Source: Candidatus Eiseniibacteriota bacterium
GTDB lineage: Bacteria; ARS69
Assembly: GCA_052390515.1 (NCBI GenBank)
Contig: JBQTGV010000005.1
Coordinates: forward strand, 34,802 to 98,801
DNA length: 64,000 nt
Reading direction: 5' to 3'
A model generated the notes under the pieces. It was not told where the DNA came from. It saw only the letters and a list, made by a program, of their open reading frames with translations, and did not search any database. Position 1 is the first letter of the stretch; the number at the start of each line of letters is the position of its first letter. Made by a program: the position numbers and the translations under genes. Below, one piece after another: positions 1-8,417 of the stretch.

Positions 1-428
1 CGCCCGAGCGGCAGCAGGACGATCCCCGCGCGGACGCTTGCGGCGCGGTCCAGCGTCAGGTCGACCTGCGCCAGCTCGACGGTGACTTCCTCCCCGCCCT
101 CCTCGAACTCGAGCTCGCTGAAGATGTGCACCCGCTCGCGGATGTCGGTAGCCACGAGCAGATTCCAGCGCGTGAGCTGCACGCCGAGCGCGCCGGTGGC
201 GCCTTCCTCGCGCTCCCAGGCTGCGTTCGCCTCGAGGTATCCGCCGACCGAGATGCGCCCGAAGATCCCCTCGAGATACGGCTTGTCGTCGTAGCCGCCC
301 GGCACGAAGGGCCTCTGCCGCGCGACCGATGTGTCGGCGGCCTGCGCCTCGGCGGCCTGCGCCCGGCAGGACGTCGCCACGAGGGCACCCAGGCAGCCGA
401 CGATCGCCACCGTCGTGAAGCCGCTCAC
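1..428 (-). CDS. Outer-membrane beta-barrel/porin-like protein, runs off the window start (not in ORF track)
   Basis: Read by hand: GTG at 428 overlaps the stop of the DHOR gene (GTGA). Translation MSGFTTVAIVGCLGALVATSCRAQAA...RISVGGYLEAN...FSELEFEEGGEEVTVELAQVDLTLDRAASVRAGIVLLPLG shows a signal peptide then alternating beta strands. Frame open to position 1. Confidence 0.75.
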   Translation of the reverse strand, partial: MSGFTTVAIVGCLGALVATSCRAQAAEAQAADTSVARQRPFVPGGYDDKPYLEGIFGRISVGGYLEANAAWEREEGATGALGVQLTRWNLLVATDIRERVHIFSELEFEEGGEEVTVELAQVDLTLDRAASVRAGIVLLPLG

Positions 429-1639
429 CGGGACTCCACGAAGTCGAGCAGCGCCGCCCGATCCGCCGCCGGAAGCGTGGCGAAGGCGTCGCGAGCCGCC
501 TGCGCCTCGCCGCCGTGCAGGAGGATGGCCTCTTCGACGCTGCGCGCGCGCCCGTCGTGCAGCAGGAACGCGTCGCCGTCCAGGAACTCGCGCAGGAGGC
601 GCAGCCCCCAGAGAGGCGTCGTCCGCCATTCGCGCCCGTCCGCGTCTCCGTCGCCCCGATAGTCGGCGAGCCCATCGCCCATGTCGTGCAGGAGCAGGTC
701 CGAGTAGAGCGTCACGTCCCGGTCGGCCAGCGCCTCCACCGTGCTCGGTCCGGTTCGAAGCGTCGGGACGTGGCAGCTCGCGCAGCCGACGGCGCCGAAC
801 ACGGCCGAGCCCCGCTCGCGCGAGGCGTTCCAGTCTCCCGGTTCCGGCGGTGCGAGCAGACGCAGGTAGTTCACGACGGACAGCACGGTGCTCGCCGGGA
901 TCTCGGGATCCGCCACACGGTCCGCCGCCTCGGTGGGAATGGAGGCGAGCGGGTTGCGAATCTCGTCCGGCCGGAAGTCGGTCGTGATGCCCATGTCCTG
1001 GTGATAGGCATCGACCGTCTGCTGAAGCAGGCTGGACACCTGAGCCTTGCGACCGAATCGTCCGAGCTCCTGCGCGGAGGCACCCCCCGGCTCGTGCGCA
1101 GGCACGAACGGCGCCGGCGAAACCCAGTTGGGGCGTCCGGAGATGCCGTCGCCATCGGCATCGGCCGGGTCGGCGCGGCTCAGGACGTCGGCCACCGGAA
1201 CCGCCTCGATGAGCCCGACCCCGAACACCGGCGGTGGCAGCCGGCGCGACACTTCCGCGCCCGGCGGAAGAGTCTCGGGCTGGGCTCCCGGAATCGCGCG
1301 ATCCTGCACCTGCGGGCCGCCGAGCTCGGGCGAGGGATCGCCTCCGAAGCTGAAGCGCGTCAGCACGTTCTCGATCCGCCCGCGACCGTCTCCGCTGTGA
1401 CACGCGGCACACGAGACGTTGTTGAAGACCGGCCCGAGCCCTTCGTTCACCGCGAACGGCTTGCCGAACTGCTCATCGCCCTCGGCGAAAGCGGCCAGCT
1501 GGTCGGCGGTGAGACCATCGAACGGGGAGTCGAAGAGGTCGCCGGGGTCGGGCTCGCCGGTGATCAGTCCGTCGCAGGCTGCGGCGATGAGCGCGGCCAG
1601 GGAGAAGATCGTCTTGATCCGGCGCCGATTCTTGCGCAT
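425..1639 (-). CDS. Di-heme oxidoreductase (DHOR) family c-type cytochrome lipoprotein
   Basis: Lipobox LIAAAC. Motifs GLGPVFNNVSCAACH, RLPPPVFGVGLIEA, DADGDGISGR, GRFGRKA, CASCH, YSDLLLHDMG, WRTTPLWG, LHDGRARSVEEAILLHGGEA. RBS AAGGAG at 1645-1650. Confidence 0.9.
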   Translation of the reverse strand: MRKNRRRIKTIFSLAALIAAACDGLITGEPDPGDLFDSPFDGLTADQLAAFAEGDEQFGKPFAVNEGLGPVFNNVSCAACHSGDGRGRIENVLTRFSFGGDPSPELGGPQVQDRAIPGAQPETLPPGAEVSRRLPPPVFGVGLIEAVPVADVLSRADPADADGDGISGRPNWVSPAPFVPAHEPGGASAQELGRFGRKAQVSSLLQQTVDAYHQDMGITTDFRPDEIRNPLASIPTEAADRVADPEIPASTVLSVVNYLRLLAPPEPGDWNASRERGSAVFGAVGCASCHVPTLRTGPSTVEALADRDVTLYSDLLLHDMGDGLADYRGDGDADGREWRTTPLWGLRLLREFLDGDAFLLHDGRARSVEEAILLHGGEAQAARDAFATLPAADRAALLDFVESR

Positions 1640-1656
1640 GCCCGCTCCTTCGCCCT

Positions 1657-1697
1657 GAATGAGAATGTTAGTATAAACTAAACCTGATATTAGTCAA
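1657..1697 (-). promoter_or_regulatory. Sigma70-type promoter TTGACT-N16-TATACT inside an AT-rich patch with Fur-box-like half sites
   Basis: -35 at 1697-1692 and -10 at 1675-1670. AATGAGAATGTTAGT and TGATATTAGTCA overlap the promoter. Most AT-rich stretch I saw in the window. Confidence 0.6.
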
Positions 1698-1899
1698 TCC
1701 TACATCGTGCCCGCCGTCCGCCGCCCATCAGCCGACGCGCGCCGGCCATCCGGCCGCCCGTCATCCCACGGCGCACCCCGCCATCCGCCGGTCCTCCCCG
1801 GTCGTATCTCCTTCGGAAACCTCGCAGCCGCGCCGGCGTTGAAGCACCAAGCGCGGCGCACCGTTGCCGGATCGGCGGACCTTGAGGAAAGTGGGGCGC

Positions 1900-2247
1900 A
1901 TGAACACCCTCTCCCGACTGCAATCGATCGCTTCCCCGCCCAGGGTGGGCGAACGGCGCCTCTCCCAGGTCGTCCGGGTCATCGTGGACGAGCGAGAGGG
2001 AATCGACCTGCCGAAGATCGCGCTGGCTCCGGGGGACCGTCTCATCGTGCTGAACCGCTCGGGCCGGACGCTTCGGGTCGCGCCGCTGGACTTCTTCGGG
2101 AGCGCGTTCTGCCGCTTCGCCCTGGAACCGGGCGAGGCCACTTCGCCCATGGTCGTTACCGGGCTGTGGTTCCAGGTCGAGTTGCTGGCCGGAGCGGACC
2201 GGATCTACCCGCTCGACGTCGACCTCGTGCCCAACAACTCGCGCTGA
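1900..2247 (+). CDS. Hypothetical protein, 115 aa
   Basis: ATG at 1900, GC-rich third codon positions, followed by a hairpin. Confidence 0.65.
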   Translation: MNTLSRLQSIASPPRVGERRLSQVVRVIVDEREGIDLPKIALAPGDRLIVLNRSGRTLRVAPLDFFGSAFCRFALEPGEATSPMVVTGLWFQVELLAGADRIYPLDVDLVPNNSR

Positions 2248-2254
2248 CGCGACG

Positions 2255-2284
2255 AGGCCCCGGATCTTTCTCGATCCGGGGCCT
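2255..2284. terminator. Hairpin between convergent ORFs, probable terminator
   Basis: Perfect 12-bp stem AGGCCCCGGATC / GATCCGGGGCCT with loop TTTCTC. Confidence 0.65.
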
Positions 2285-2295
2285 TCGTGCTTCCT

Positions 2296-2445
2296 TCAGG
2301 CCGTCCGGGGTTTCGTGCTGCTTCGCAGCTCCTCCGCCTGCACTTTCAGCGCCTCCCACGCTTCCGCGAAGCGGTCGTGGATCCGGCGTTGACGGAGAAC
2401 CCGCTTGCGCGGCTGCCCGCCGCGCACCCAGGGCCTCTTTCGCAT
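2296..2445 (-). CDS. Small basic hypothetical protein, 49 aa
   Basis: MRKRPWVRGGQPRKRVLRQRRIHDRFAEAWEALKVQAEELRSSTKPRTA with host-like codons. Upstream TTGACG-N17-TAGTGT (2587-2559). Ends 11 nt before the hairpin. Confidence 0.45.
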   Translation of the reverse strand: MRKRPWVRGGQPRKRVLRQRRIHDRFAEAWEALKVQAEELRSSTKPRTA

Positions 2446-2616
2446 GGGCACAGCCCCTGCGTCCCCGCGACCGCTCGAGCGCACGCCGGGGACTCTGGCG
2501 CGACACCCGATGACGCGATGGAATTCAACCGGGCAGACACCGAACCCGGTTGCGGGGCACACTAGGGCGAGCATCACCCATCGTCAAGGAAACGAACACC
2601 ATATCGAGTGGCAGGC

Positions 2617-4191
2617 ATGGCGAAGCAACACAACCCCTGGGGGTGGGACGTCACGGCGCGCGTCCTCGCCGCCGCACCGATCGCCGGCGGGCTCGTCGTG
2701 CTCGCGGCGGTTTGGAACGCGGGACGCGCGGCGAACGCGGGACCGCTCGGGTTCCGGCTGGACGACGCCTGGATCCATCTCGTGTACGGCCGCGGCCTGC
2801 TCGAGAACGGATTCCTCGCCTACGTCGACGGAGAGCCGTCGACGGGCTGCACGTCGCCGCTGTGGGCGCTCTGTCTCGCGGCGGTGCACGCCGTCGCCGG
2901 ACCCGGCGTCGACTCGATCGTCCGCGGAGTGCTGGTCCTCGGCGCGCTCCTTCACCTGGGCGGGATCGTCGGGGCCACGCGGCTGGGCTTCGCCCTGACC
3001 GGATGCCGCGCGGCCGGAGCCGCGGCGGGAACCCTCATGGCCGCTGCCACGCCCGTAGCGGCCGCGGCGTTCTCGGGCATGGAAGTGGCGCTCGCCGGAA
3101 CGCTCACTCTCTTCGCCATGGACGCCGTCGCCCGGCGAAGGTGGAGTGCGGCCGGCTGGCTGCTCGCTCTGGCCGCGCTCGCCCGGCCGGAGGCGGCGGT
3201 CCTTTCGCTTCTCGCCGCCACGCTCGTGACGCCGCGACGCACCGCGCTCTTCGCCCGGCTGCTCCTGCCGCCGGTCTTCGCCGCAGCGCTCGTCGCCGCG
3301 CACCACCTCGGGGCCTCGGGCTCGGCGCTCCCGGCCACGTTCCACGCGAAGGCGGCCGTGTCCCTCGCCGCGCTGCCCCATCGCCTCGTCGTCGTGCTCC
3401 GCGACATGATGCCCGGAATCCCGCCCTTCGCCGCCGGGCTCGGCTGGATCGCGCTGCTGGGGCTGGCGACCCGCCGCGACCTCGCGCTCCCGTTCCTGGC
3501 CGGTGCGGCCCTGCTGCTCGCGAACCTCGTGCTGATCGATCCGGTCGATCCGGCCGCGTTCTACCACCTTCGCTACGTGCTGCCGGCCCTGCCGCTGCTG
3601 CTCGTGGCTCTGGCGGTCGGAGCGCGCGCGCTGGGCGACCGGCTCCGCGGCCGTCTCGTCTACGCGCCGCTCGCCGTGCTGCTCGCGCTGGCGGCCGCCG
3701 GCGCCGCTACGACCGCGGGCCCGGTCAGCCGGCACCTGCACAACGACGTGCGCAACATCAACGAGGTACAGCGCGCGATCGGCGAATGGCTCGCGGCGAA
3801 CCTGCCGGCGGGCACCCGAGTGGCCGCGTCGGACGCGGGCGCGGTGCGCTACTTCTCCCGGCTGCCCGTGATCGACGTGCTCGGGCTGAACACGCCCCAG
3901 ATGCTGGCGAATGACGAGGGGTTCCTCAGCGCCCATCCCGTCGGCGCCGTCGTGCTGATGCCCGCATGGTTCCGGCCGGCGGACGGTGCCGGGCCGCTCG
4001 TCGCGGTCTTCGCCGCGGAGACGGCGGATTACACGGTGACATCGAACCCGCAGATGGCACGTCAGGTGGTGCTCTCGGCCGCACCCGGCGCGACGAGCCG
4101 CGTGCGCGCTCGCTTCGTCGGATTCCGGAGCTTCGAGGTCGACGTGGATCCCCCCGGTACTACGCGGCGGAATCTCCCTTCCGGTACGTGA
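2617..4191 (+). CDS. GT-C fold integral membrane glycosyltransferase (arabinofuranosyltransferase/AftD-like)
   Basis: LDDAWIHLVYGRGL, GCTSPLW, SGMEVAL, LARPE, RYVLP, DAGAVRYFSRLPVIDVLGLN; many TM helices. Confidence 0.75.
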   Translation: MAKQHNPWGWDVTARVLAAAPIAGGLVVLAAVWNAGRAANAGPLGFRLDDAWIHLVYGRGLLENGFLAYVDGEPSTGCTSPLWALCLAAVHAVAGPGVDSIVRGVLVLGALLHLGGIVGATRLGFALTGCRAAGAAAGTLMAAATPVAAAAFSGMEVALAGTLTLFAMDAVARRRWSAAGWLLALAALARPEAAVLSLLAATLVTPRRTALFARLLLPPVFAAALVAAHHLGASGSALPATFHAKAAVSLAALPHRLVVVLRDMMPGIPPFAAGLGWIALLGLATRRDLALPFLAGAALLLANLVLIDPVDPAAFYHLRYVLPALPLLLVALAVGARALGDRLRGRLVYAPLAVLLALAAAGAATTAGPVSRHLHNDVRNINEVQRAIGEWLAANLPAGTRVAASDAGAVRYFSRLPVIDVLGLNTPQMLANDEGFLSAHPVGAVVLMPAWFRPADGAGPLVAVFAAETADYTVTSNPQMARQVVLSAAPGATSRVRARFVGFRSFEVDVDPPGTTRRNLPSGT

Positions 4192-4915
4192 TGATGTTCA
4201 TGGCCGACAGCCGCCTTGTTTCGATTTCTATGAGGCCGGCATCCGCGGCGAGCCGGCGATACGCCCCCGTTTCGACGTAGCGGACGAACGGCACTTCGAG
4301 GAAGTCGCGCGTGCGTGCATCCGCGTCCGCGCTTCCGATCGGTCGTCCGGCGAGACCGTACCGGAGCCGCAGCATCGCGCGCGTCGACGCGAAGACGAAG
4401 CGCCGCCACGGCCGAAAGCTCGAGCGATCGTGCAGGGAACGCAGGAAAGCCGGCAGAGTACCGGGGGCGTAGACGCCGAGGACGAAGATGCCCGCAGGGC
4501 GCAACACCCGCGCGATCTCGCGGAGCGGTCGCTCGGGATCCGGCAGGTGGTGCAGAACGCCGACGCACAGGATGCGATGGAAGGTGGCGTCCGGGAACGG
4601 CACGTCGTGGAGATCGGCCTGCACCCGCCGTCCGTACTCGATGGCGCGAAGCGCCGCCCCGGAGATGTCCAGGAAGACAGGCGCCGGCCGATAGCCGCGC
4701 AACGCTTCGTGGAAGATCGATACCCCGGATCCGAAGTCCCCGAGAAGCTCGCCGTGGGCCTGCGGCAGCAACCGCTCGTATGCGGGATGGCTGGTGCGAG
4801 ACGGGAAGTTGAACTCCCGATAGAAGCCCGCCACTCGACCGGCCAGCTCGGACGCGCCGGCGTCCTCGCCCACGTTCGCCCCGGGGGCCGCTCCGAATGA
4901 CGACGTGACTCGCAT
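4160..4915 (-). CDS. Class I SAM-dependent methyltransferase
   Basis: Motif I LGDFGSGVS, FLDIS, QADLHDVPFPDATF, GVLHHLPDP, EIARVLRPAG. Confidence 0.85.
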   Translation of the reverse strand: MRVTSSFGAAPGANVGEDAGASELAGRVAGFYREFNFPSRTSHPAYERLLPQAHGELLGDFGSGVSIFHEALRGYRPAPVFLDISGAALRAIEYGRRVQADLHDVPFPDATFHRILCVGVLHHLPDPERPLREIARVLRPAGIFVLGVYAPGTLPAFLRSLHDRSSFRPWRRFVFASTRAMLRLRYGLAGRPIGSADADARTRDFLEVPFVRYVETGAYRRLAADAGLIEIETRRLSAMNIITYRKGDSAA

Positions 4916-4981
4916 CGCCGCATGATAGCGGAGCCGCGGGGCGAGTGTCTCGCGCGGCCGCGTTCGCTCGCCACCCCGGGC

Positions 4982-5011
4982 TTGAGACCGCGCGAAGCGC
5001 TCGCTTATACT
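4982..5011 (+). promoter_or_regulatory. Putative housekeeping promoter TTGAGA-N18-TATACT
   Basis: Intergenic, upstream of the carbamoyltransferase gene. Confidence 0.55.
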
Positions 5012-5095
5012 CGCTCCCTCTTGCGGAGGCGAGCGGTCGGACCATGGACTCGCTTTCGACTCCGGTCACGCGACGGTGAAGTTACGGAGAAGGCC

Positions 5096-6802
5096 GTGCT
5101 CGCTCTCGGAATCCACGATGGCAAGGACGCCGGCGTCGCGCTCGTCGGGGACGGCGACGTTCTCTTCGCCGCCAACGAGGAACGATACACGCGTCGGAAG
5201 CTGCACTTCGGGTTCCCGGTCCTCTCCCTGGAAAGGATGTTCCGACACACCGGGGTGAAGCCGACCGACATCGCAGTCGTGACGGTCGGGTTCGAGGCCA
5301 TGGTGGAGAACTCTCAGGCCGCCTACGACTACTCGGCGGAGCCACGACTCCACCAGCGGATGTATTCGTCGCTCACCCGCTCGCTCGGACCGATCATGGA
5401 CTCGGAAGCGGCCGCGTACGGATCCCTTCAACTGATGAAGATCCTGGCGCGCAACAAGGACGAGCTGCGCCGCAACGTTCGCGCCGCGGGAATCCAGGCG
5501 CCGATTCGGTTTCTCAATCACCATCGTTCGCACGCCGCCTCTGCCTACTACATGTCGGGCTGCGAGGATGCCGTCGTCATCTCGTCCGACGGTGGAGGCG
5601 ACGGCGTCTCCGGCGGCATCTACGTGGGCAGAGCCGGCCGACTCGAGCACAAGTCGACGTTCTCGAAGCTCAATTCCGCCGGCATCTTCTGGGAGATCGT
5701 CACGCAGATCTGTGGTTTCAATCCGGAGAGGCACGGCGGCAAGATCACCGGCCTCGCCGCCTACGCTCCGGGGGACGAGGCCTACCGCATCCTCTCGGAG
5801 ATGTTCGCGTCCAACCGGCGCAGCGGCGGGCTCCTGAACGTGAGCAGGCGCGCGTTCCGCGATGCGTTCGACCTCGTCCGCCGGCGAGTCGGTCACCTGA
5901 GCATCCAGGAGCTCTCCTCGGGAGCGCAACGGATCCTGGACGAGGCCTTCGTGGAGACCACCGCCGAGGCGATCCGGCGATACGGGACCGGTAACATCGT
6001 GCTGGCGGGCGGCACCTTCGCCAACGTGCGCACCAATCTCCGCATTCGCGAGGTTCCCGGCGTCGAGAGCGTGTTCGTCTTTCCGCACATGGGCGACGGC
6101 GGAATCGCGCTCGGCAGCGCGCTCCTGTTCCACGGGGAGAACGGGGGATGGCCGGTGGGGACGATCGACGATCTCTACTGGGGGGACGGGTGGACGGAAA
6201 CGCAGATCCGTGCCGAGCTCGAGTCCGCGTCCGGGATCCGTTTCGAGCGGCTGGAGGAGCCTGCCGAGGCCATCGCCTCCGCGCTCGCACGGAAGGAAGT
6301 CGTCGGGATCTTCCAGGGGCGGATGGAGTACGGACCGCGCGCGCTCGGGCACCGCAGCATCCTCGCGGAGCCGACGGACACGACCATGATGGATTGGCTG
6401 AACAAGAGGCTGGCGCGGACCGAGTTCATGCCATTCGCGCCGATCATCCTCGAGGAGGAGGCTCCCCGCTACTTCGAGAATTTCGAGGGGAACGCCTATC
6501 CCGCGAAGTTCATGACGATCTGCCTTCGATGCACACCGCTCTGTCGCGAGAAGGCTCCCGGAGTCGTGCACCTCGACGGCACCGCCCGACCGCAGACGGT
6601 GAACCGCGTCCGGGACGCGTACATTCACCGGGCGCTCACTCGGTACAGGGACCTGACCGGTCTCCCGCTCAGCATCAACACGAGCTTCAACAAGCACGAG
6701 GAGCCGATCGTCGGGAGTCCCGCGGACGCGATCAGCGAACTGAAGCGCGGTGCCGTGGACCAGCTCTTCTTGGAGTCGTTTCGTGTGACCGTGCCCGACT
6801 GA
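5096..6802 (+). CDS. O-carbamoyltransferase (NodU/CmcH/TobZ family)
   Basis: LGIHDGKDAG, EERYTRRK, HHRSHAASAY, DGGGD, LAGGTFANV, GDGGIALGSA, GRMEYGPRALGHRSILA, FMPFAP, VHLDGTARPQTV, INTSFNKHEEPIV. GTG at 5096 with GGAGAAGG RBS. Confidence 0.93.
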   Translation: MLALGIHDGKDAGVALVGDGDVLFAANEERYTRRKLHFGFPVLSLERMFRHTGVKPTDIAVVTVGFEAMVENSQAAYDYSAEPRLHQRMYSSLTRSLGPIMDSEAAAYGSLQLMKILARNKDELRRNVRAAGIQAPIRFLNHHRSHAASAYYMSGCEDAVVISSDGGGDGVSGGIYVGRAGRLEHKSTFSKLNSAGIFWEIVTQICGFNPERHGGKITGLAAYAPGDEAYRILSEMFASNRRSGGLLNVSRRAFRDAFDLVRRRVGHLSIQELSSGAQRILDEAFVETTAEAIRRYGTGNIVLAGGTFANVRTNLRIREVPGVESVFVFPHMGDGGIALGSALLFHGENGGWPVGTIDDLYWGDGWTETQIRAELESASGIRFERLEEPAEAIASALARKEVVGIFQGRMEYGPRALGHRSILAEPTDTTMMDWLNKRLARTEFMPFAPIILEEEAPRYFENFEGNAYPAKFMTICLRCTPLCREKAPGVVHLDGTARPQTVNRVRDAYIHRALTRYRDLTGLPLSINTSFNKHEEPIVGSPADAISELKRGAVDQLFLESFRVTVPD

Positions 6803-6824
6803 GCCTCGGCCGGAGGAGGAGCGC

Positions 6825-8126
6825 GTGCGACGATTTTCGGAACACTGGAAGTTCCCGGACTCGGTCGCGGCGCTGGTTCCGCAGGGATCTCCGGCTCAGC
6901 CGGACTCACCACCCCCGGAGCGCGCGATCTTTCGCGGATCGACCGTGTGGATTCACGCGGTCGACCCCGCCTCGACGGACTACCTCACCGACGACGGACG
7001 AGGGATCCAGCCCGACGATGCGATCGCCAACGTCCAGCTCGAGCGATATGTGCCCGCGGCCGCGGAGGATCTGGGTCGCGAGAGCCGACTCAAGTCCATC
7101 TACTACCTCTTGAAGCCGGTCATGCCGCGCGCCTGGCAGCTCGCCGCGCAACGCACGAACGCGCGTCTCCGGCTCCGCCAGATCGACTTTCCGGACTGGC
7201 CGCAGGACGACTCCCTGAACTCCGTACTGACGGGACTCCTCGATCGCCTCCTCGAGCGCGCCGGGAGACGGCAGGTGCCGTTCCTCGGGTTCTGGCCTCG
7301 CGGCCACGAGTGGGCGGCCTGCCTCACCCACGACGTCGAGACCGCCGCCGGGCTCGCCGCGTCCGATCGGATGGCCGGCATCGAGGAGGAAGCGGGAGTG
7401 CGTTCCACCTGGTTCATCGTCCCCGAGCGCTATCCGGTGACTCCCGGCGACTTCCGTGGACTGCAGGATCGTGGCCACGAGATCGCCGTCCACGGCCTCA
7501 ATCACGACTGCCGCGAGTTCTCGACGCGCGCGGAGTTCGTGCGTCGGACGCCGCTGATCGACGCGTATGCCAGAGCCTGGGGGTCCGTCGGATTCCGCTC
7601 GCCGGCGCTCTACCGCAACCCGGACTGGATCCCCGACCTCGCGATCCGCTACGACAGCTCGTTCATGGACACGGCGGTGCTCGAACCTCAACGGGGAGGC
7701 GTGAGCGCCCCGTTTCCATTCCATCTCGACGAGAAGGTGGTCGAGCTTCCCATCACCCTTCCCATGGACCACCACCTCATCAACATCCTCCGCACCGACA
7801 CCGTCACTGGAGTGTTGGCGAAGTTCGAGTGGGTCGTGGAGCGGCACGGCCTCGTCAACGCCCTCTTTCATCCCGATTACAACTTGCAGCCGGAGAGGCT
7901 CCGCGACTATCGCGCCATCGTGCAAGCGATCCGCGCGCGGCCGGGCGGATGGATCGCTCCGGCGGCGGAGATCGCCGATTGGTGGGATCGGCGGAGGCGG
8001 TCCAGCGTGATCGAGGAAGACGGAGGCGCGCGCATCGAGGGGCCTGCGGCGAAGGACGGCGCCGTGTGGCGCGCCGTGCGGTCGGAGGCCGGGCTGCGCA
8101 TCGAGCCGGAGAGCGGCTCCGCCTGA
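6825..8126 (+). CDS. Polysaccharide deacetylase family protein (CE4-like)
   Basis: CLTHDVE, HEIAVHGLNHD, GFRSP, YDSS, ELPITLPMD, LFHPD. Confidence 0.85.
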   Translation: MRRFSEHWKFPDSVAALVPQGSPAQPDSPPPERAIFRGSTVWIHAVDPASTDYLTDDGRGIQPDDAIANVQLERYVPAAAEDLGRESRLKSIYYLLKPVMPRAWQLAAQRTNARLRLRQIDFPDWPQDDSLNSVLTGLLDRLLERAGRRQVPFLGFWPRGHEWAACLTHDVETAAGLAASDRMAGIEEEAGVRSTWFIVPERYPVTPGDFRGLQDRGHEIAVHGLNHDCREFSTRAEFVRRTPLIDAYARAWGSVGFRSPALYRNPDWIPDLAIRYDSSFMDTAVLEPQRGGVSAPFPFHLDEKVVELPITLPMDHHLINILRTDTVTGVLAKFEWVVERHGLVNALFHPDYNLQPERLRDYRAIVQAIRARPGGWIAPAAEIADWWDRRRRSSVIEEDGGARIEGPAAKDGAVWRAVRSEAGLRIEPESGSA

Positions 8127-8163
8127 CCCGTGGGTCCGCGTGTCGCCGGTCAGCCCGCAGGGC

Positions 8164-8376
8164 TCAGGCGCGGCCGTGCCGGGCGAGGATCTCTCGCCAG
8201 GTCGCCTCGTCGAGCTGCTCCGACTCGTCGACGAGCATCACCGGGATGCCGTCGTCGATGCGGTAGCGGCGTCGCGTGGCGGGGTCGGTCGAGACCAGGG
8301 TGTCCTCGTCGAGGACCAGCGGCGCCCGCGAGAGCGGACAGACGAGCATCTCCAGCAGCTCGGGATCGATGGACAC
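8164..8376 (-). CDS. Trm112 family protein (UPF0434/YcaR-like)
   Basis: IDPELLEMLVCPLSRAPL...YRIDDGIPVMLVDE. Confidence 0.88.
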   Translation of the reverse strand: MSIDPELLEMLVCPLSRAPLVLDEDTLVSTDPATRRRYRIDDGIPVMLVDESEQLDEATWREILARHGRA

Positions 8377-8417
8377 GGCTCCCTCCCGGACGGCAGCGAA
8401 GCTATCATGGTCCCGCC

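Noticed and set aside
1711-1794. Three imperfect CCGCCRTCCGCCG-like repeats ~33 nt apart (mini-CRISPR or iterons)
   Set aside because: Short, degenerate and low-complexity in a GC-rich background; no cas or rep genes.
2446-2461. Sigma54-like GGGCAC-AGCCC-CTGC upstream of the GT-C gene
   Set aside because: Both elements are imperfect, it lies 155 nt from the ATG, and it overlaps the start region of the opposite-strand small ORF. Cannot be distinguished from chance.
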